Below the pieces are notes generated by a model that worked only from the letters and a program-made list of their open reading frames with translations, did not search any database and was not told where the DNA came from. DNA of 64,000 bases from Bdellovibrionales bacterium (GTDB lineage: Bacteria > Bdellovibrionota > Bdellovibrionia > Bdellovibrionales > UBA1609), in assembly GCA_041690295.1 (NCBI GenBank), contig JAWLHR010000018.1, positions 1-64,000 on the forward strand, read 5' to 3'. Below are positions 1 through 9,379 of this stretch, in pieces. Both the position numbers and the translations under genes were made by a program. Every line of letters starts with the position of its first letter. Positions within the stretch are counted from its first letter, which is position 1.

Positions 1-47
1 AGGAAGCGGATCGGGTGGAGCCAGGGCAAAACCCGTTTACCGTAAAA

Positions 48-86
48 CTGTAAACCATGTGATCGGAACAATCTGTAAACTATGTG
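48..86. repeat. 14-bp direct repeat pair CTGTAAAC(C/T)ATGTG just 3' of tRNA-Met
   Basis: Copies at 48-61 and 73-86 differ by one base. Confidence 0.7.
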
Positions 87-109
87 TCCGGAATGGACCT
101 AGCGAAGAT

Positions 110-186
110 TGGTAGCGGGAGAGGGAATCGAACCCCCGACACGCGGATTATGATTCCGCTGCTCTAACCGACTGAGCTACCCCGCC
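110..186 (-). tRNA. tRNA-Met (CAT), probably elongator
   Basis: Reverse complement GGCGGGGTAGCTCAG...GCGGAATCATAATCCGC...GGTTCGATTCC...CCCGCTACCA; 77 nt, CCA encoded, paired G1-C72 so not initiator-like. Confidence 0.95.
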
Positions 187-207
187 ACAGCAATGATAAG
201 AGGCGTC

Positions 208-236
208 AAGCTAGTCCAACCGAGTCATATAGTCAA
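208..236 (-). promoter_or_regulatory. Putative sigma70 promoter for tRNA-Met
   Basis: TTGACT-N17-TAGCTT on the minus strand, ~20 nt upstream of the tRNA. Confidence 0.5.
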
Positions 237-312
237 CATCTTGACCTTTGTCCCGCCCCTATCATCCAATTTTAGAGTCACAGTTCTATCAATGGAATGA
301 GGGGGGAGAACT

Positions 313-1815
313 ATGAAAGGATTATTGAAATTGACCGCAGTTTTCGCGGTGGCGGCCGCCAGCTGGATGGCCCAGGCCGCGGAGCGCCTAACCGTTCTGG
401 ACACGGATAACAATCCGGTTCCGTTCGCCAAAATATTACTGGGCTATGAGGCCGGGAACCCATTTCCGGGGAATCTCCTGAGCACGAATGAAAACGGCGA
501 GGCCGCGATCCCCGCCGATTGGAAAGCCGCATTGCCGGTCACTGTCCGCGCCGCGGGCTACATCACGGTCACGATTCCGGTCCTGATGCCCGGAGAGCAC
601 CAGATCCGCATCGAACGCCAAGAGAGCCAGGGACAATATGAGGTGCAAGGCACCACAACCAATTTCGGCCGGCTCCCCACCGACGGACGGGTCGATTTCG
701 GCCTGGTCGTGCCCGCTTTGAGCCGCCGCAACATGCTCTCCTTTGATCTTTCATCAGTTCTGAGCCCCCACAACGACACGCTCGATATCATCGGCAATCG
801 GGTTGAGGTTCCGAGCAACATCACTCTGCCCGATCAGACGGAAAACTACATTTTCCCGATCCGGCTGAACAAACCGGATTACCGCGTTTATGTGCGTGAA
901 CCCGGCGCCTACCGCATGTATGTGACCCATGGACAATTCCCGCTGCAACGGGTGGTCAACGAAATCCGCGGCGGCAAATCGATTTTCGAGGTCATCAATC
1001 ACTTCACCTTTATCGAAGCCGGTGAAGTGGCCGTGCAAGTCGATGGCAACTTGAGCGGCGTGAACCTGCCCGTGAACCAGATCCGGTTCACCGACACGGT
1101 CAGCGTGAAAGCTCCGGCGTTCAACTCGACTCAAACCATGATCAGCTTGAGCCTCGCGGAAAGACACGGACTCATGGTTCCCACCGACCTCAAACGTCTG
1201 GTCCCGAATCAAAGCCTGAATCTAAGAACCAACACCACCATGGGGGACATGTCGGTTCTTTCGTTGCTGGTGGACCTGCCCAAAAAGAACTCCACACTGG
1301 GTGACCAGGTTCTGCTGGATCTCATCAACCCATTGGTTCAGATGCAAAAGCCTTTGAATCAAGAACCGCCGCTTGAAGATTCCGAACCATGGAACGCGGG
1401 CTACGATTTCAACAAGCTGACGTTCGCCATGCATCCGGCCAATGGCACCGTCACACCGCGCTTTTTGCCCAACATCGATCGACCTATCGTGAACGGCAAT
1501 GTGATCACCTTGTCCGTACCGGCACTGATCCCGGGATTGGTTGAGGCGGGGGCGTATATGGTGCTCTCCGAAATCGAGGAGTTGGGCTCGGGTAAAGTTA
1601 AGAATGAACGCCGCACGCGCCTCTGGGAGGTTTGGTCGGAAGCTTGGGTGCAACAGATCGAATTGCCGCGAATCAGTTTTGAGCGCCGGCCCGATCGCAA
1701 ATACCGTTGGGAAGTTTTATTCCTGGCACGGCCTGAGAACGCCATCCACTCGACCACTCAAGGGCCGGACTTGAACACCATCACGCATGTCACGAGAAAT
1801 GCGCTGGAGATTTAG
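313..1815 (+). CDS. Secreted hypothetical protein with an N-terminal carboxypeptidase-regulatory-like beta-sandwich
   Basis: 500-aa ORF, GGAG RBS, signal peptide ending AQA, 'VLDTDNNPVPFAKI...TNENGEA' pattern. Confidence 0.8.
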   Translation: MKGLLKLTAVFAVAAASWMAQAAERLTVLDTDNNPVPFAKILLGYEAGNPFPGNLLSTNENGEAAIPADWKAALPVTVRAAGYITVTIPVLMPGEHQIRIERQESQGQYEVQGTTTNFGRLPTDGRVDFGLVVPALSRRNMLSFDLSSVLSPHNDTLDIIGNRVEVPSNITLPDQTENYIFPIRLNKPDYRVYVREPGAYRMYVTHGQFPLQRVVNEIRGGKSIFEVINHFTFIEAGEVAVQVDGNLSGVNLPVNQIRFTDTVSVKAPAFNSTQTMISLSLAERHGLMVPTDLKRLVPNQSLNLRTNTTMGDMSVLSLLVDLPKKNSTLGDQVLLDLINPLVQMQKPLNQEPPLEDSEPWNAGYDFNKLTFAMHPANGTVTPRFLPNIDRPIVNGNVITLSVPALIPGLVEAGAYMVLSEIEELGSGKVKNERRTRLWEVWSEAWVQQIELPRISFERRPDRKYRWEVLFLARPENAIHSTTQGPDLNTITHVTRNALEI

Positions 1816-2299
1816 TCTTTTATTCTTCTTGTTTCTTACGGGCTGCGCGCTCTTTGAAGAGCGCCGTGGCCCTGAGATGATGTACGGACCGCGCGAACAG
1901 GTCTTTTACGCGACTTACGAAGAAGTCTGGCGCGCGGTCAATTTCGTGCTGCAACCTTACCCGCTTCGAATCAGCAATATGGATCAAGGTGTTCTGGAAA
2001 CCGACACCATCAAGGGTTACAGAATCTGGGCGCCGCCATACAAATCGGAAAACGCTTCATCGAATGAAAACTATCGTCTCACGATCCGCGTGATTAAAGG
2101 TGAAATTCAACGGCGACCGGCCACGAAAGTGACCATCGTGAAAGACGCCTATATTCAAACGGATTTTTTTTCTGATCCGCGCTCAATTCCCAGCGATGGA
2201 TTGGAAGAAAAGACCATTCTCTACCGGATCAGCCGGGAAATTCAGATCGAGCGCGCCATCACCAAAGCGCAAAAACGTCAAAGCGCGAAAAGTCGCTGA
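1799..2299 (+). CDS. Outer-membrane lipoprotein (BamC-like)
   Basis: Lipobox LTGC after a hydrophobic stretch; 'GVLETD' motif; overlaps the upstream gene end. Confidence 0.7.
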   Translation: MRWRFSLLFFLFLTGCALFEERRGPEMMYGPREQVFYATYEEVWRAVNFVLQPYPLRISNMDQGVLETDTIKGYRIWAPPYKSENASSNENYRLTIRVIKGEIQRRPATKVTIVKDAYIQTDFFSDPRSIPSDGLEEKTILYRISREIQIERAITKAQKRQSAKSR

Positions 2300-2301
2300 A
2301 A

Positions 2302-2949
2302 TTAAATCGCTTCCACACCCAATCGCGACAGCCATTTCTGTCGCTGCACATCGATCGGCTCATGGCCATGACTGAGTTTAAGTCCGGTGGATTTTTCCAG
2401 TCCCATGACCGCCCAGCGATGAAGGCGATCATCCGGATCCATGATCAATCGCTGAAACTTCCTCGCCCGGCCGGGACCGGCGGAAAGCCGCGCCAACGCT
2501 TCGGCCATATGCGCTCTCACCCAAAGACTCTCGTTCTTATGAAAATTGCGTTTGTCCCAAAGCTGTTGCCACAGCAGATCTTCGGCCTCATGGGCGTTGA
2601 GCCCCACCAGATTGCGAACGGCTTGAGTGCGCACCATTAAAGAAGGGTCTTTCACCAGCTTCATCGACCACATCAAGGCGAATTCCCTCGGCTGATTTAA
2701 AATCGCGATCAACGCGGAGTTGCGCATGAACCACTCACGGCTTTTCAAGGCCCGCTCCAAAGTGGGTTTGAATTGAACCGGGTCAAGGCGACCCATCGTG
2801 GTCACCGCACGCCAACGCAGCTGAATGCTTTTCGTCTGATCAAACGCGGTTTTCAGAAGGAATGAGTAGGACTTTTGAGGCTCACGGCGAAACTCGGGCA
2901 AGCGCTGTTCCATGGGTTGCATCAAAAGCGCGATGAGAGTGCCCGTCAT
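2302..2949 (-). CDS. HEAT-repeat protein
   Basis: Repeated helical motifs 'WFMRNSAL', 'DPSLMVRTQAV', 'LWVRAHMAEAL'. Confidence 0.8.
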   Translation of the reverse strand: MTGTLIALLMQPMEQRLPEFRREPQKSYSFLLKTAFDQTKSIQLRWRAVTTMGRLDPVQFKPTLERALKSREWFMRNSALIAILNQPREFALMWSMKLVKDPSLMVRTQAVRNLVGLNAHEAEDLLWQQLWDKRNFHKNESLWVRAHMAEALARLSAGPGRARKFQRLIMDPDDRLHRWAVMGLEKSTGLKLSHGHEPIDVQRQKWLSRLGVEAI

Positions 2950-4004
2950 CCTTGTTTTTGACCCAACAGACTGGCTTCGGACGCCATTTTTTCCGTGTCG
3001 ATGTTTTCTTCAAGAGCGTTGTCCGCCGTGGGTTCAATATTCACCAGCGCCGCCATTTCGGCCATCATCTTATCGGTGTCCAAAGTGCTATCGTCGCCGG
3101 TGGGTTCGGTGAACTCAGCGAACAAATCGTTGGCCTCGCCCGGTGTGCCCGATGAAGCCGCGCCAGCGGAGGACGCCGGCGCTTTCTCATCCAGCATTTT
3201 CCGTTCAATCTCAACCGCCGCTTCAAAATCCTGCATGGGATTACCGGTGTCCGGAACTTCCATTTTCACGTTCGGGGTTGGCGCCACGGGTACGGGTTCT
3301 TCAGCCGCGGCGATTCCCGTTTCGCTGCTCACCGCCTGCGCGAACTCGGCCACTATGTCCTCACCGGAAATTTCAGGGGTAGGTTCACTTGTGGCGGCGG
3401 GCGCGGGCGCAGGGGCTTCTTCAGCTTGAGGTTCGCTGGCCGCTTCCGCCGGTGGAGCTTCTTCCGATGCGGGCTCCGCGGACGCCCCTCCTCGGCCTTT
3501 AAGCTTGTCGAGTTCCTGGCGCAGACGAACGTTTTCTTCCTTATATAAAGACAAGTCGGCGATATCGTCCTCGAGGATTTCGTATTCGGCCAACTTGGCC
3601 TCAAGCTCCTTCAGCCGGGAAGTCAGCTTGGAGATTTCTTCCGGTGAAGCCGCGGAACTGGCCGCTTCTTTCGCGGTTTTTAATTCTTCCTCGCGTTCCG
3701 CCAGTTCTTTTTTAAGCGATTGAATTTGAGCTTCCACTTGGGCCACCGCTTCCGGCGACGCCGATTCTGGGACCGTCATGGTTTCCAACTTACTTGTGCG
3801 CTCCAGGATCTGTTGCAAAGTGCCCTGAATTTCCTCGGGAACCGGAGCGGGCGCCACCGCTTGAGCCTCGCCATCACCCGATTTTTTCTTTGAGATCCCA
3901 CGCGAAATCAGAAAGGCCGATAGCCCGAGAATAAAGAGAAAAAGCCATTGGATGATGGATTCCACATTACGGGTGAAAGATTGCAGGAAGGTCTCGAGGT
4001 TCAC
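2946..4004 (-). CDS. Membrane-anchored coiled-coil protein with an acidic disordered C-terminus
   Basis: N-terminal TM helix, heptad-rich middle, E/A/P-rich tail; stop overlaps the next start. Confidence 0.8.
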   Translation of the reverse strand: MNLETFLQSFTRNVESIIQWLFLFILGLSAFLISRGISKKKSGDGEAQAVAPAPVPEEIQGTLQQILERTSKLETMTVPESASPEAVAQVEAQIQSLKKELAEREEELKTAKEAASSAASPEEISKLTSRLKELEAKLAEYEILEDDIADLSLYKEENVRLRQELDKLKGRGGASAEPASEEAPPAEAASEPQAEEAPAPAPAATSEPTPEISGEDIVAEFAQAVSSETGIAAAEEPVPVAPTPNVKMEVPDTGNPMQDFEAAVEIERKMLDEKAPASSAGAASSGTPGEANDLFAEFTEPTGDDSTLDTDKMMAEMAALVNIEPTADNALEENIDTEKMASEASLLGQKQG

Positions 4005-4049
4005 TCTCTTATCTTCAAAGTCTTTGACGGGGGGGTCAACAGGACCAGT

Positions 4050-4700
4050 CTATAGACCAGATATCGCAGGAGGGGCCAACTTCTGCGCGAGAACCGAGCA
4101 GCTGCTCTTCTCGAGCACCGCATGAAAGGTGACGATGTGATCGCGATAGCAGACCTGGACACAAGAGCTGTTCACGCCCTCTGCGGGAACAAATTCAATC
4201 GAACATTGGGTGCCCGGAGGACTTTGTGCCGGGGGAAACGCGGGCTCGCTCACCAATGGTTGGCACCGCTTGGTCAAGCGGGCCGTGGCGACAGCGCCCC
4301 AGGAACCTTCCACCACGAGACGATGGGGAACTCCACAAACCATGTTTTCAAGTCCGGTGAGGGGCAATGAAAACTGGCCTGATTGGCAAGCCGACTCACC
4401 ATAAAGCAAAGGTTGCGAAGAATCATGGTCCGCCCACAGGGCCCACCGGAGTGAGCGGCCGTTGAACTCGCGACTGCAAAGTCCAGACGGCTTGGCGACG
4501 GCCGCGTCATCCTGCACCTGCACATCATCGGTGGCGAACTGCAACTGCGCCTTATTCCACTCATCAATGATGCGCACTTCATCACTCGCCGCTTGGGCCG
4601 TGACCTGACCCGGCGCGGGCGCACAATTTTGAAAGGATAGTAAAACGACAAAGGGAAGGGCTGCGAAACTGAAAGTTAAAACGTACCGGCGGTTGAGCAT
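4050..4700 (-). CDS. Cys-rich FQNC-type lipoprotein
   Basis: Signal peptide ending LSFQNC; several paired Cys. Confidence 0.75.
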   Translation of the reverse strand: MLNRRYVLTFSFAALPFVVLLSFQNCAPAPGQVTAQAASDEVRIIDEWNKAQLQFATDDVQVQDDAAVAKPSGLCSREFNGRSLRWALWADHDSSQPLLYGESACQSGQFSLPLTGLENMVCGVPHRLVVEGSWGAVATARLTKRCQPLVSEPAFPPAQSPPGTQCSIEFVPAEGVNSSCVQVCYRDHIVTFHAVLEKSSCSVLAQKLAPPAISGL

Positions 4701-4757
4701 TCCTGTTTAGTTTACTCAAAAATGTCGAACTACCTGTACTTAAATCTAGGTGGTGTC

Positions 4758-5942
4758 TCAAAACAAGTCGAGCACGGCGATGAAAAATCCGTCGCCGCCA
4801 CCGTCTTCCGGAAAAAGTGTTTCAGAAGAAACCAGCTTCCATCGATCCTTTTCTTCGGTCAGGAATTTTTCGATCTGCCGTTCGTTCTCCGAGGGGAGAA
4901 TGGAGCAAGTGGAATAAACCAAGCGGCCGCCCGGGCGAACCATTCGGGAGTAATTTCTCAGTATCTCAGATTGAAGCGCGCGCACCCGATCCAGGTCCTC
5001 GCGCTTAAGTTTCCACTTGGAGTCCGGATTACGTCGAAGCACTCCTAAGCCGGAGCAAGGCACATCCAGCAACACACGGTCCGCCGATTCATGAAGCCGT
5101 TTAATCACCTTGGTTCCGTTGATCAACCGGGTGTCGATGCAGGTCGCACCCGCGCGGTTCGACCGGGTCCTCAGCTCTTCGAGTTTCTTCTCGGAAACAT
5201 CCAGGGCGATGACTTGACCTTTGTTTTTCATCAAAGCCGAGATATGAAGCGTTTTTCCGCCCGCCCCCGCGCAGGCATCGATCACCCGTTCGCCCGGTCG
5301 CGGCTCAAGCCTCTGAACAACTTTTTGCGAGTTCAGATCCTGCACTTCGAAAAGGCCTTGCTTGAACGCCCGGGTTAAAAAAACATTGGCCCGCTTCACC
5401 AGTCGTAAAGCGTTCTCGTCCACAATTTCGGTTTGAATGTTTTCTTCGGCGAGCCGTGCTCGTACCAATTCGGGATCGGCCTTTAAGCGATTCACCCGCA
5501 AGAAAACTGGCGCCACGGAGTTTAATGCTTCTAAAGCCTTTGGCCATCGTTCACCCAATTCACTTTGGCCGACTTCATCCAGCCAGTCGGGAATGGACTG
5601 GCGGATGGCCCGTGGCACCTCCGGGTCGTTCCAGCGGGCTTCGAACTTTTTCCAATTGAGACTGGGTTTGGTGATGCGCCTGTCGAGCTCGATGTCGTGC
5701 AATCGCACCCACGCGGCGGCCACAACCTCGTAATCGTCGGTGCCCGCGGCATCGGTCAGCCGCCGCCACCAGCGCACGATATCGTAGACACATTCCGAAA
5801 ACAGCCGGCGGTCCTGACTTCCCCATTTTTTGTTTTCTTTAAGCCGCCGCCGGATCACCTGGTCCGCCGGCCAACCCCCATCAAAGATATCGTGCAGGGC
5901 TTTAAGTACCCCGTCCCAAACCGGGGCGTGAAGAACTCGCAT
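4758..5942 (-). CDS. RsmB/NOP-family RNA m5C methyltransferase
   Basis: DACAGAGGKT, LLDVPCSGLG and YSTCS motifs; start moved to ATG 5942. Confidence 0.93.
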   Translation of the reverse strand: MRVLHAPVWDGVLKALHDIFDGGWPADQVIRRRLKENKKWGSQDRRLFSECVYDIVRWWRRLTDAAGTDDYEVVAAAWVRLHDIELDRRITKPSLNWKKFEARWNDPEVPRAIRQSIPDWLDEVGQSELGERWPKALEALNSVAPVFLRVNRLKADPELVRARLAEENIQTEIVDENALRLVKRANVFLTRAFKQGLFEVQDLNSQKVVQRLEPRPGERVIDACAGAGGKTLHISALMKNKGQVIALDVSEKKLEELRTRSNRAGATCIDTRLINGTKVIKRLHESADRVLLDVPCSGLGVLRRNPDSKWKLKREDLDRVRALQSEILRNYSRMVRPGGRLVYSTCSILPSENERQIEKFLTEEKDRWKLVSSETLFPEDGGGDGFFIAVLDLF

Positions 5943-5943
5943 A

Positions 5944-6591
5944 TTAGAATGCGAAGACAGTCCCGACGTTAAAATAAACGCCGTTAAACTGGCCGTCACT
6001 TAAGAGATGCAGATGATTTTTTAAACCCGCTTCGACCATGAATCCCACGGCGTCGATCACATCAAAAAAGCGGGCGCCACCGAAAAGGGCGTAATCCAGG
6101 GTGATGGGGGATTCATCTTCAAGTTGCTTGATGAAAAATCCCATTCCGAGACCGCCACCGAAATAAAGCGGAAAGCGGCTGTTCGCATCGGGAAAGGAGA
6201 GGATGGCGCCAAAGGAGAGTTTCCGCGCCAGGCCGTCGTCCAATTCAAAACTGGTGAAATCAATCCGCAAGGACCAATCCGCCGAGTTCACCCACTCGCC
6301 CATGCGATAAGTGACACCCGCGTTTAAACGCCCGATGTCTTCTTGATTCCCTTTACCCCACTTATAACCCTGGTCGGAAAAATAACTGCCCAAGTGCAAG
6401 GCGAGAAATCGGGGGGCGGCACCTGCCGAAGGGCTCGCCACGGCCGAGGATTCCCTTTTTCTTTCCTTGAAATATTCACGGGCCTTCTCCGTCCCCACCT
6501 CAGTGGTGGACTCTTCAGGCACCTCAACCAATTGCGCCATAGCGGGTGAAGCCACAATTGTGCAGGCAAGTAAAAGCGACCAAGCGCGCAT
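5944..6591 (-). CDS. Outer-membrane beta-barrel protein
   Basis: Signal peptide ending AMA, alternating aromatic/Gly strands, C-terminal Phe. Confidence 0.75.
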   Translation of the reverse strand: MRAWSLLLACTIVASPAMAQLVEVPEESTTEVGTEKAREYFKERKRESSAVASPSAGAAPRFLALHLGSYFSDQGYKWGKGNQEDIGRLNAGVTYRMGEWVNSADWSLRIDFTSFELDDGLARKLSFGAILSFPDANSRFPLYFGGGLGMGFFIKQLEDESPITLDYALFGGARFFDVIDAVGFMVEAGLKNHLHLLSDGQFNGVYFNVGTVFAF

Positions 6592-6675
6592 GGATTACCT
6601 CCGGGAGAAGCGAAGGCTATAACATTGGTTTTGCGTCGTGACAATGTCCGCGATTTATCATAACAAATATCCTTT

Positions 6676-7143
6676 ATGAAATGCCCCCAATGCGGCCACC
6701 TGGAACATCGTGTGCTCGAAACCCGATTGCACCGTGAGGAAGAAATTCGTCGCCGTAGAGAGTGTTCGAACTGCAAACTGCGGTTCACCACGGTTGAATC
6801 GGTGTTGGTCAATTATCCGCAGGTGGTCAAAAAGGATGGGCGTCGCGAGCCGTTTTCCAAGGAGAAGCTGCGCCGAGGGATTCAGATCGCCTGCAAGAAA
6901 CGGCCGGTCAGCGTGGGGCAAATTGAAAGTATGGTGAACCGTATTTCCCGTCATGTTCAAAGCTCTCCTGAAAAGGAACTTTCCGCCCAGAAGATCGGTC
7001 AGGCGGTGGTGGCGGAATTGAAAAACCTCGATGATGTGGCCTATGTGCGCTTCGCCAGCGTGTACCGCTCGTTCCGTGATGTGAACGAATTCATGCAGAC
7101 GCTGGAGCAGGAAAACGCGGCCAAACCCAAGGCGGAGATATGA
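6676..7143 (+). CDS. nrdR: Transcriptional repressor NrdR
   Basis: MKCPQC...RRRRECxxC zinc ribbon, ATP-cone, VAYVRFASVYR. Confidence 0.97.
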   Translation: MKCPQCGHLEHRVLETRLHREEEIRRRRECSNCKLRFTTVESVLVNYPQVVKKDGRREPFSKEKLRRGIQIACKKRPVSVGQIESMVNRISRHVQSSPEKELSAQKIGQAVVAELKNLDDVAYVRFASVYRSFRDVNEFMQTLEQENAAKPKAEI

Positions 7144-7547
7144 GCTCCCCCAGACGATTAAGCCGGGAACTGGCTCTTCAGATTTTGTTCCAACAGGAAT
7201 TCACGCCGACGAAGGATCCCGCTTCAAGTTTAAATCAATTCCGACAGAACTTTTCCGCCTCGGAAGAAGTTTGGGATTACACCCAAACCTTGGTTTCAGG
7301 CGTCATGGAGAACGCCGCCGAGATTGATGCTTTGATTCAGAAAAACAGCGCCCATTGGGCCCTGCAACGTATGGCGCTGGTCGATCGCAACATTATGCGT
7401 ATCGCGGTTTATGAAACGAAGTTCGCGAAGGACCCCGTCCCGCCCGCCGTGGCCATTAATGAAGCGGTGGAAATCAGCAAAAAATTCGGCACCAGTGACT
7501 CCGCCGCATTTGTGAATGGAATCCTGGACCAAATCGTGAAACAATAA
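7140..7547 (+). CDS. nusB: Transcription antitermination factor NusB
   Basis: RRLSRELALQ...VAINEAVEISKKFG...FVNGILD. Confidence 0.97.
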   Translation: MSSPRRLSRELALQILFQQEFTPTKDPASSLNQFRQNFSASEEVWDYTQTLVSGVMENAAEIDALIQKNSAHWALQRMALVDRNIMRIAVYETKFAKDPVPPAVAINEAVEISKKFGTSDSAAFVNGILDQIVKQ

Positions 7548-7552
7548 CTCCC

Positions 7553-7993
7553 ATGGACCCGTTCGCATCTCCTTGTGATCTGTGGGTGCTCCCGCCGCCG
7601 CGCGCGTCTGCGTGGTTCGCCCATGTGGATTGGTATTTGAACTGGCAACTGAGCAAGGGACTCGCCTACTCCGGGCTTAACTTGCCCCATGAAGTGGGTC
7701 GAATGGCCGAAATTTTGGAAGTCGAAGTTCCTACGATTCAAATCTCCGAGCAGCCAAACCTTTTGGTTTTGAGCCAGGGCCGAATCCCCAGCAAAAAATG
7801 CGTGGTGATCGATGACACGAAAAACTTCGACAGGGACTGGGTTCGGCAAGTTGTCGAGGTGGCCAAGGAACTCGACGCCAAACGGGTTCATGTGTTTCTT
7901 CCCGCCAAGCTTTCGGTGAATGAGGCGAAAAAAGCTGTTTCATTTGATGGTGAAATTTTATTTTCCGCCGACGAGGAGGCTAATCCCGCATGA
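7553..7993 (+). CDS. Hypothetical protein, possibly resembling the M17 aminopeptidase N-terminal domain
   Basis: In operon with nusB; 'VDWYLNWQLS' motif. Confidence 0.65.
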   Translation: MDPFASPCDLWVLPPPRASAWFAHVDWYLNWQLSKGLAYSGLNLPHEVGRMAEILEVEVPTIQISEQPNLLVLSQGRIPSKKCVVIDDTKNFDRDWVRQVVEVAKELDAKRVHVFLPAKLSVNEAKKAVSFDGEILFSADEEANPA

Positions 7994-8517
7994 GTTGGAC
8001 CGTGGACCGCTTGCGATTCCTGCTTGGACACATCGAAGGTTTCATCGACACCGAAGCGGATCAAATTCGCGAAAGAGCCAAGGAGTTTTCACCGGAAACG
8101 GGTTTGGAAAACATCGAAACCATCGCCGAACCGCAAGCTCCGCCGGAATTCGTCCTTGAGCGCCTGTCACCGTTTTACGATTGCGGTCTGTTGATCCGAA
8201 ACTTGAATGGTCCATGGATCGTGACCGGACTTTTCTGGCGGGGCACGGTGTTCCCGCTGACCGCCGCCGATCAACGCCGGGCCGATCATTTGATGGATAT
8301 CTTTGGCCCCACCAAGGTGGGACGGGCCCCGGCCGAAAAAATTCTTAAGTCCGTGCAGTTGGAATTTTTGCTGGGAACCGAAAAAGATCACTTCGGCTAT
8401 TTGCTTCAGCCGGCGCAAGATTGTGCCTATGTACTCTTTAGCCGACTGGCCGATCCGTGGGCGAAAGATCATGTTCTTCACACCCAGCGATTACTCAATA
8501 AGGCGTTCTTGTATTGA
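7990..8517 (+). CDS. Hypothetical protein
   Basis: GAGGAGG RBS; start and stop overlap the neighbouring genes. Confidence 0.7.
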   Translation: MSWTVDRLRFLLGHIEGFIDTEADQIRERAKEFSPETGLENIETIAEPQAPPEFVLERLSPFYDCGLLIRNLNGPWIVTGLFWRGTVFPLTAADQRRADHLMDIFGPTKVGRAPAEKILKSVQLEFLLGTEKDHFGYLLQPAQDCAYVLFSRLADPWAKDHVLHTQRLLNKAFLY

Positions 8518-9362
8518 TGGGCACTGAACGGCAGGGGACGATTTATATCCTTTCCGACGGCACGGGCGAAACCGCGAGCACGATGATCCGCGCCGCCCTC
8601 GTTCAATACGCCGATGAAAACATCAACATCGTTCGCTGTAAGAATGTGCGAACGGTCGAGCAAATCGATTCACTGGTGGACGAAGTGAGTTCACGAAAAG
8701 GCATGATCGTGTTCACCATGGTGAGCCCGCAAATGAGCCGGAAGGTGATTGAGGCCTGCGCGCAAAAAGGAATTCCCGCGGTGGATTTGATGGGACCACT
8801 GCTCAAAGCTCTCGATCAGTATTTCGGGCGCAGTGAAGGCGGTCACACGGCGGGCTTATTGAGGGCCGTCGACGAGCAATACTTCAAACGCATCGAAGCC
8901 ATCGAATACACGGTCAAACACGACGACGGCAAAACTCTTTCCGATCTGGATCAAGCTGATATCGTCCTCGTCGGTATTTCCCGCACGTCCAAAACCCCGC
9001 TTTCGATTTTTTTAAGCCACAAAGGTTGGAAGGTCGCCAATGTCCCGCTGGTCTTGAACCGGCCGCCACCGGAAGAGTTATTTAAAATCGATCAACGACG
9101 GATCGTGGGTTTAACCATCGATCCGGACTCCCTGATCCGCATTCGTAAAAAACGTCTGGAAAAATTCGGTCAGGATCCGGGCGGTGAATACGCCACCATG
9201 GCTCACATTCAAGCCGAGATCGATTACGCCAAAGAGATTTTCAAAGCCAACCGGCGATGGCCGGTTTTCGACGTTACGGATAGAGCCTTGGAGGAAACCG
9301 CCGCGGAAATCGTACGGGTCGTGGCTTCCCGCCTGGATATCCCGTACTCTTCGATCTTGTAG
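8514..9362 (+). CDS. ppsR: PEP synthase/PPDK regulatory kinase-pyrophosphorylase (DUF299)
   Basis: SDGTGETA, HDDG and GISRTSKTP motifs. Confidence 0.93.
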   Translation: MMGTERQGTIYILSDGTGETASTMIRAALVQYADENINIVRCKNVRTVEQIDSLVDEVSSRKGMIVFTMVSPQMSRKVIEACAQKGIPAVDLMGPLLKALDQYFGRSEGGHTAGLLRAVDEQYFKRIEAIEYTVKHDDGKTLSDLDQADIVLVGISRTSKTPLSIFLSHKGWKVANVPLVLNRPPPEELFKIDQRRIVGLTIDPDSLIRIRKKRLEKFGQDPGGEYATMAHIQAEIDYAKEIFKANRRWPVFDVTDRALEETAAEIVRVVASRLDIPYSSIL

Positions 9363-9379
9363 CCAAACGGCGGGATTTC

